DNA of 63,862 nucleotides, the filler included, from Olpidium bornovanus S191 (lineage: Eukaryota > Fungi > Olpidiomycota), in the NCBI GenBank assembly GCA_017911155.1. It is 30 parts of 30 records of this genome, joined end to end, with 100 filler letters (N's around TTAATTAATTAA, not from the genome) between each part and the next. Parts side by side here need not be neighbours in the genome. Positions count along the whole stretch, not along the records: positions 59,511 to 62,361 come from JAEFCI010007284.1; positions 62,462 to 63,862 come from JAEFCI010007444.1; 28 more parts are not named here. One strand, written 5' to 3'. How positions within the stretch are numbered: position 1 is the first letter of the stretch; every line of letters starts with the position of its first letter. Below the pieces are notes generated by a model. It did not search any database and was not told where the DNA came from. It was given only the letters and a program-made list of their open reading frames with translations. Below are positions 60,161 through 63,862 of the stretch, in pieces. Position numbers and translations under genes: made by a program.

Positions 60161-62361
60161 ATGGCGTCCGAGGCCTACCACAACGCGGAGAAGGTTGCCG
60201 AGGAGCTGCACAACGAGGCCGGCATTGACTACAGCAAGCTCACTGTCCAGCGAAACGCGGTAAGATGCCGTCGGCGCGCCGCGGCCAGCTCGTTGTTGGT
60301 CGACGGGCGTGTCCTGAACAGCTCCTGCCTCGGGGCCAGTCCATCGCCGTCCTTTACGAGGACGCTCTGCGGTACGAGCCGGGCACCTTCCTCTCCTCGG
60401 CCGGCGCTTTGATCACCTCCTCGGGCCACAAGACCGGCCGGAGTCCCGGCGACAAGCGAATCGTGGAGGACAGCGTGTCGAGTGACGACGTGTGGTGGGG
60501 CCCGGTGAACGCCAAGCTCGACGAAAACACCTTCATGGTCAACCGCGAGCGTGCCGTCGACTACCTCAACACCCGCGACCGTCTCTACGTCTTCGACGGC
60601 TTTGCCGGCGCCGAGGAGGCGCACCGCCTCAAGATCCGCATCGTTTGCGCCCGCGCCTACCACGCCCTGTTCATGCGCAACATGCTCATCCGCCCTACCG
60701 AGGAGGAGCTCGAAAACTTCGGCGCTCCCGACTTTACCGTCTTCAACGCGGGTCAATTTCCCTGCAATCGCTACACCCTCGGCATGACCTCCACTACGTC
60801 TGTCTCCATCAGCTTCAAGAAGCACGAAATGGTCATCCTCGGCACCGAATACGCCGGCGAGATGAAGAAGGGTGTGTTCACCGTCATGCACTACCTGATG
60901 GTGAGTTTTGCGCTACGGCCGGCCGCGGAGTATCGGTGCGCGTGTGGAAGGATATTCTCCCGTCACGAGCGTTTTTCCGCGTTGTTGCGGATTTTTATTT
61001 ACGCGGGGCCCCCCCCCCCTCGTGGCCTGATCCCGTTTTCCATCACCTTATAAATTTCTTCGTCGCTCGTTTTGCCGATGTACAGCCAAAGAAAGGCGTG
61101 CTCTCGTTGCACGCGTCCGCTAACGAGGGGAAGGACGGCGACGTGTCTCTGTTTTTCGGACTATCCGGCACTGGTGAGTAACCGCCGTGCGCTGCAGACT
61201 CTCGAGCTGTTCTGGAAGTTCCGCATCAAAGCCTGAGCAATGCTAACAGTGTGCAAAACATCTTTAGGAAAGACCACTCTCTCGGCCGACCCTCAGCGTG
61301 CTTTGATCGGCGATGACGAGCATTGCTGGTCAGACAACGGCATCTTCAACATCGAAGGCGGCTGCTACGCGAAGTGCATCGACCTATCGAGGGAAAAGGA
61401 GCCGGAGATTTTTGATGCTATCCGGTTTGGCTCTGTTTTGGAAAATGTCGTCGTCGACAAAGACTCTCGCATCGTAAACTACTCGGACAAGACCCTAACC
61501 GAGAACACGTACGTTGAACCCTTCGCGTGACTCTACTGGAAGCCCCAGCGCGGCACTCACGACGATGCTGATGGTTTATTTTTTTTGCGACGCTATCTTC
61601 TTTTTTCTAAGCCGGTGTGCGTATCCGCTCGAATACATCCCCAACGCCAAGGTCCCGTCTGTCGGCGGCCATCCCAAGAACATAATCCTCCTCACCTGCG
61701 ACGCCTTCGGCGTGCTCCCGCCTGTTTCCAAGCTCACCGAGGCGCAGGCCATGTACCACTTTATCTCCGGCTACACCGCCAAGGTCGCCGGAACCGAAGA
61801 GGTGGGCTGAAATTATTGTGCCGATTGCGGGACACGTTGCAGACCGAGGATGTCGGTCCAGAATCAACCGACAACACGAATTTCTCTTTGAAGGGTGTCA
61901 AGGAACCCACCGCAACATTCTCGGCATGCTTTGGCCAGCCGTTCCTCGTCTGGTGCGATACCAGTACTGTTCGATGGCCCGTTTCGCGTTTTTTCCTGCA
62001 CTGACGCCAGCAAACTACCAGGCACCCAGTGAAGTACGCGACCATGCTCGCCGAAAAGATGGCGCACCACAAGACGGACGTCTACCTGGTTAACACGGGA
62101 TGGAACGGGGGCGCGTACGGCTCGGGCAAGCGCATCTCACTGAAGCACACGCGGGCGATCATCGACGCCATCCACAACGGCGAGCTCAAGAAGGCGGAGT
62201 TCGAGAACTACCCTGTTTTCAACCTCCCCATCCCCAAGCGACTGACCGGTGTGCCGTCGGAGGTACGCCTGATTGCGCTTGCCCCCGTGCGCCGGTGGCC
62301 TAAGGCCGTCTGACCACTAAACCAACCCCGTTTCGAAGATTTTGAATCCGGAAAAATCATG
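60161..62361 (+). CDS. PCK1: Phosphoenolpyruvate carboxykinase (ATP), multi-exon, 3' partial; may start further upstream at 59826
   Basis: [61 protein letters not shown]|[49 protein letters not shown] and YLVNTGW. Confidence 0.98.
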
Positions 62362-62461
62362 NNNNNNNNNNNNNNNNNNNNNNNNNNNNNNNNNNNNNNN
62401 NNNNNTTAATTAATTAANNNNNNNNNNNNNNNNNNNNNNNNNNNNNNNNNNNNNNNNNNNN

Positions 62462-63862
62462 AATACTCGATGACCTTTGATGGCTCCTCCACTCGCCGCA
62501 GTAGGCCGTCTGACCGAGCGGTCGGGTAGAAATGGAGTTCGGACGTATTGCCGTTGATGATAACGTGCTCCTTTAACCCATGCGGCCGCCCGGCGTCAAA
62601 GAACTCGCGAATTTTTCTTTGTCGCGGGAGCCGAATTCGTTGCCGCAAACGGTCTCTAAAAGACGAATGCGGGTCCACAAAGAGAAAAAAAAAATCTGCT
62701 TGTTGAGCATCCCACAGCCCTCGAATCCCCATTTTTGGACCAAACAACCTGCGCGTACGAAGGTAAGAAACTCACTTGCGATTATCAAAATTCTCTTTGA
62801 TCTCCCTGATCGACGTCCTCGTTTCGTCGTCAAAGAACGTGAGCCGGGACACCATCCCGTCGGGCCGGTGGTACTCCGCGAAGATTTCGTGCCTCGCATT
62901 CTTGTAGGTGACTTGTTTGAACCCCTGCGGACACCGGCTCTCAAACTGCTCCTTGGAAAGGGAAATTTTGTCGACCCACGACGGCGGCAGGTCCAGCCCC
63001 TCGGTCCCCGGCGCGCCATTCTCGTCTTCCTCGTCCTCCTCTTCCTCAAACGCCTGGTGGTTTCCGGCCCTGTTGCCAGGTCCGGGCAGCGCAAGGCCAG
63101 GCTGAGAATTGTCGAGCAGGACGAATTCCCACTTTGCGTTGTCACCGAGGTCGAAGGAAACACCTTTTAACCCTTCCTCACAGGCCTGCATGTTTACCCA
63201 GTAGTTCAGCGAGCTGAAAACTGACTCCACGCCAAGATATTCGTCGCTGTCTGTCGGGTAAATCTTGCTCGTGGTCGACTCGATAAAAAACGCCTCTGCC
63301 ACTTCCCGTTTCCCTGGCAAGACCAGCACCCAGGCGTGAATCCGCAATCCGCGAAGCTCATCCTCGTCTTCTTCTGATGCCTTGGACGAAAAAACGTTAA
63401 GTCCGCGCGGTCAGCTGACACATCCGCCTGAATTTTTTTGCCGGCGGTAATGGCCACCCTACCGCCTTTTCCTTTTCTTCTTTGGCCTTCAGGCTTTCTG
63501 CGGCAGCCTGCTCCGCCGCTTTTTTCTTCGCGTCCTGACTGGCGAGGAATGTTGACCTCAGCATCCTCGGCGGCTTCACTTTGTACTTTGCCGCCTTCCC
63601 CTCCATCGCCTCAGTCTGCTTCTTCGCATCCCAATTTACGCCTTCCTCTCCCGCGGCCGCCCCCGGGTGGCTGCCGACCCGCTTCTCCAAGGGTTCGCTG
63701 GCGGGATGTTTGGTAGAGACTGCACCAGTGGACTCCTCGTACATGAGGTCCGTGTGCGTCTCGTCCATCGTCGTTATCTCTCTCAGGGCGTATCCGGACA
63801 CGACGTACGCATCATAGCCGACACCGCGGAGCAGCGAGACGAGTAGAACGCTAAAGTCAAAG
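62462..63862 (-). CDS. DRC7: Dynein regulatory complex subunit 7 (CCDC135), internal exons
   Basis: FDFSVLLVSLLRGVGYDAYVVSGYA, GLRIHAWVLVLPGKREV..AFFIESTT, YLGVESVFSSLNYWVNMQ, LDLPPSWV, CPQG.K...YK and EFFDAGRP.GLKEH. Confidence 0.93.

Overview
This window is not one continuous locus. It is 30 short contigs (about 1.1-3.6 kb) joined by 29 identical artificial 100-nt linkers (44 N + TTAATTAATTAA + 44 N), so adjacency across a linker means nothing. The DNA is eukaryotic, GC-rich, intron-rich and full of homopolymers. It carries fungal-type genes (MON1, NOC2, RSM25, ENA-type P-ATPase, FOL1, PMT2, HOM2, VTC1, ATP-type PCK1, Ap4A phosphorylase) and axoneme/basal-body genes (CFAP298, CFAP47, DRC7, rotatin). 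That combination points to a zoosporic (flagellated) fungus; Olpidium is my best guess, by inference only. All gene calls come from my recognition of translated motifs and manual splicing, not from database searches, and most genes are cut by contig ends. Three decayed mobile elements are present: a Ty3/gypsy integrase, a gypsy-type gag and an intron-containing pogo-like transposase. I found no convincing new multi-gene system. The best leads are: (i) two arrays of palindromic cores in non-coding DNA (26323-26618 and 31660-32075); (ii) a CCCH + CCHC zinc-finger frame split by a single TGA; (iii) a CCT7 copy with an apparently destroyed splice acceptor; (iv) a possible mitochondrial presequence on PEPCK; (v) AT-rich islands, one CpG-depleted and one bounded by stacked palindromes; and (vi) strong enrichment of CATG at contig ends.
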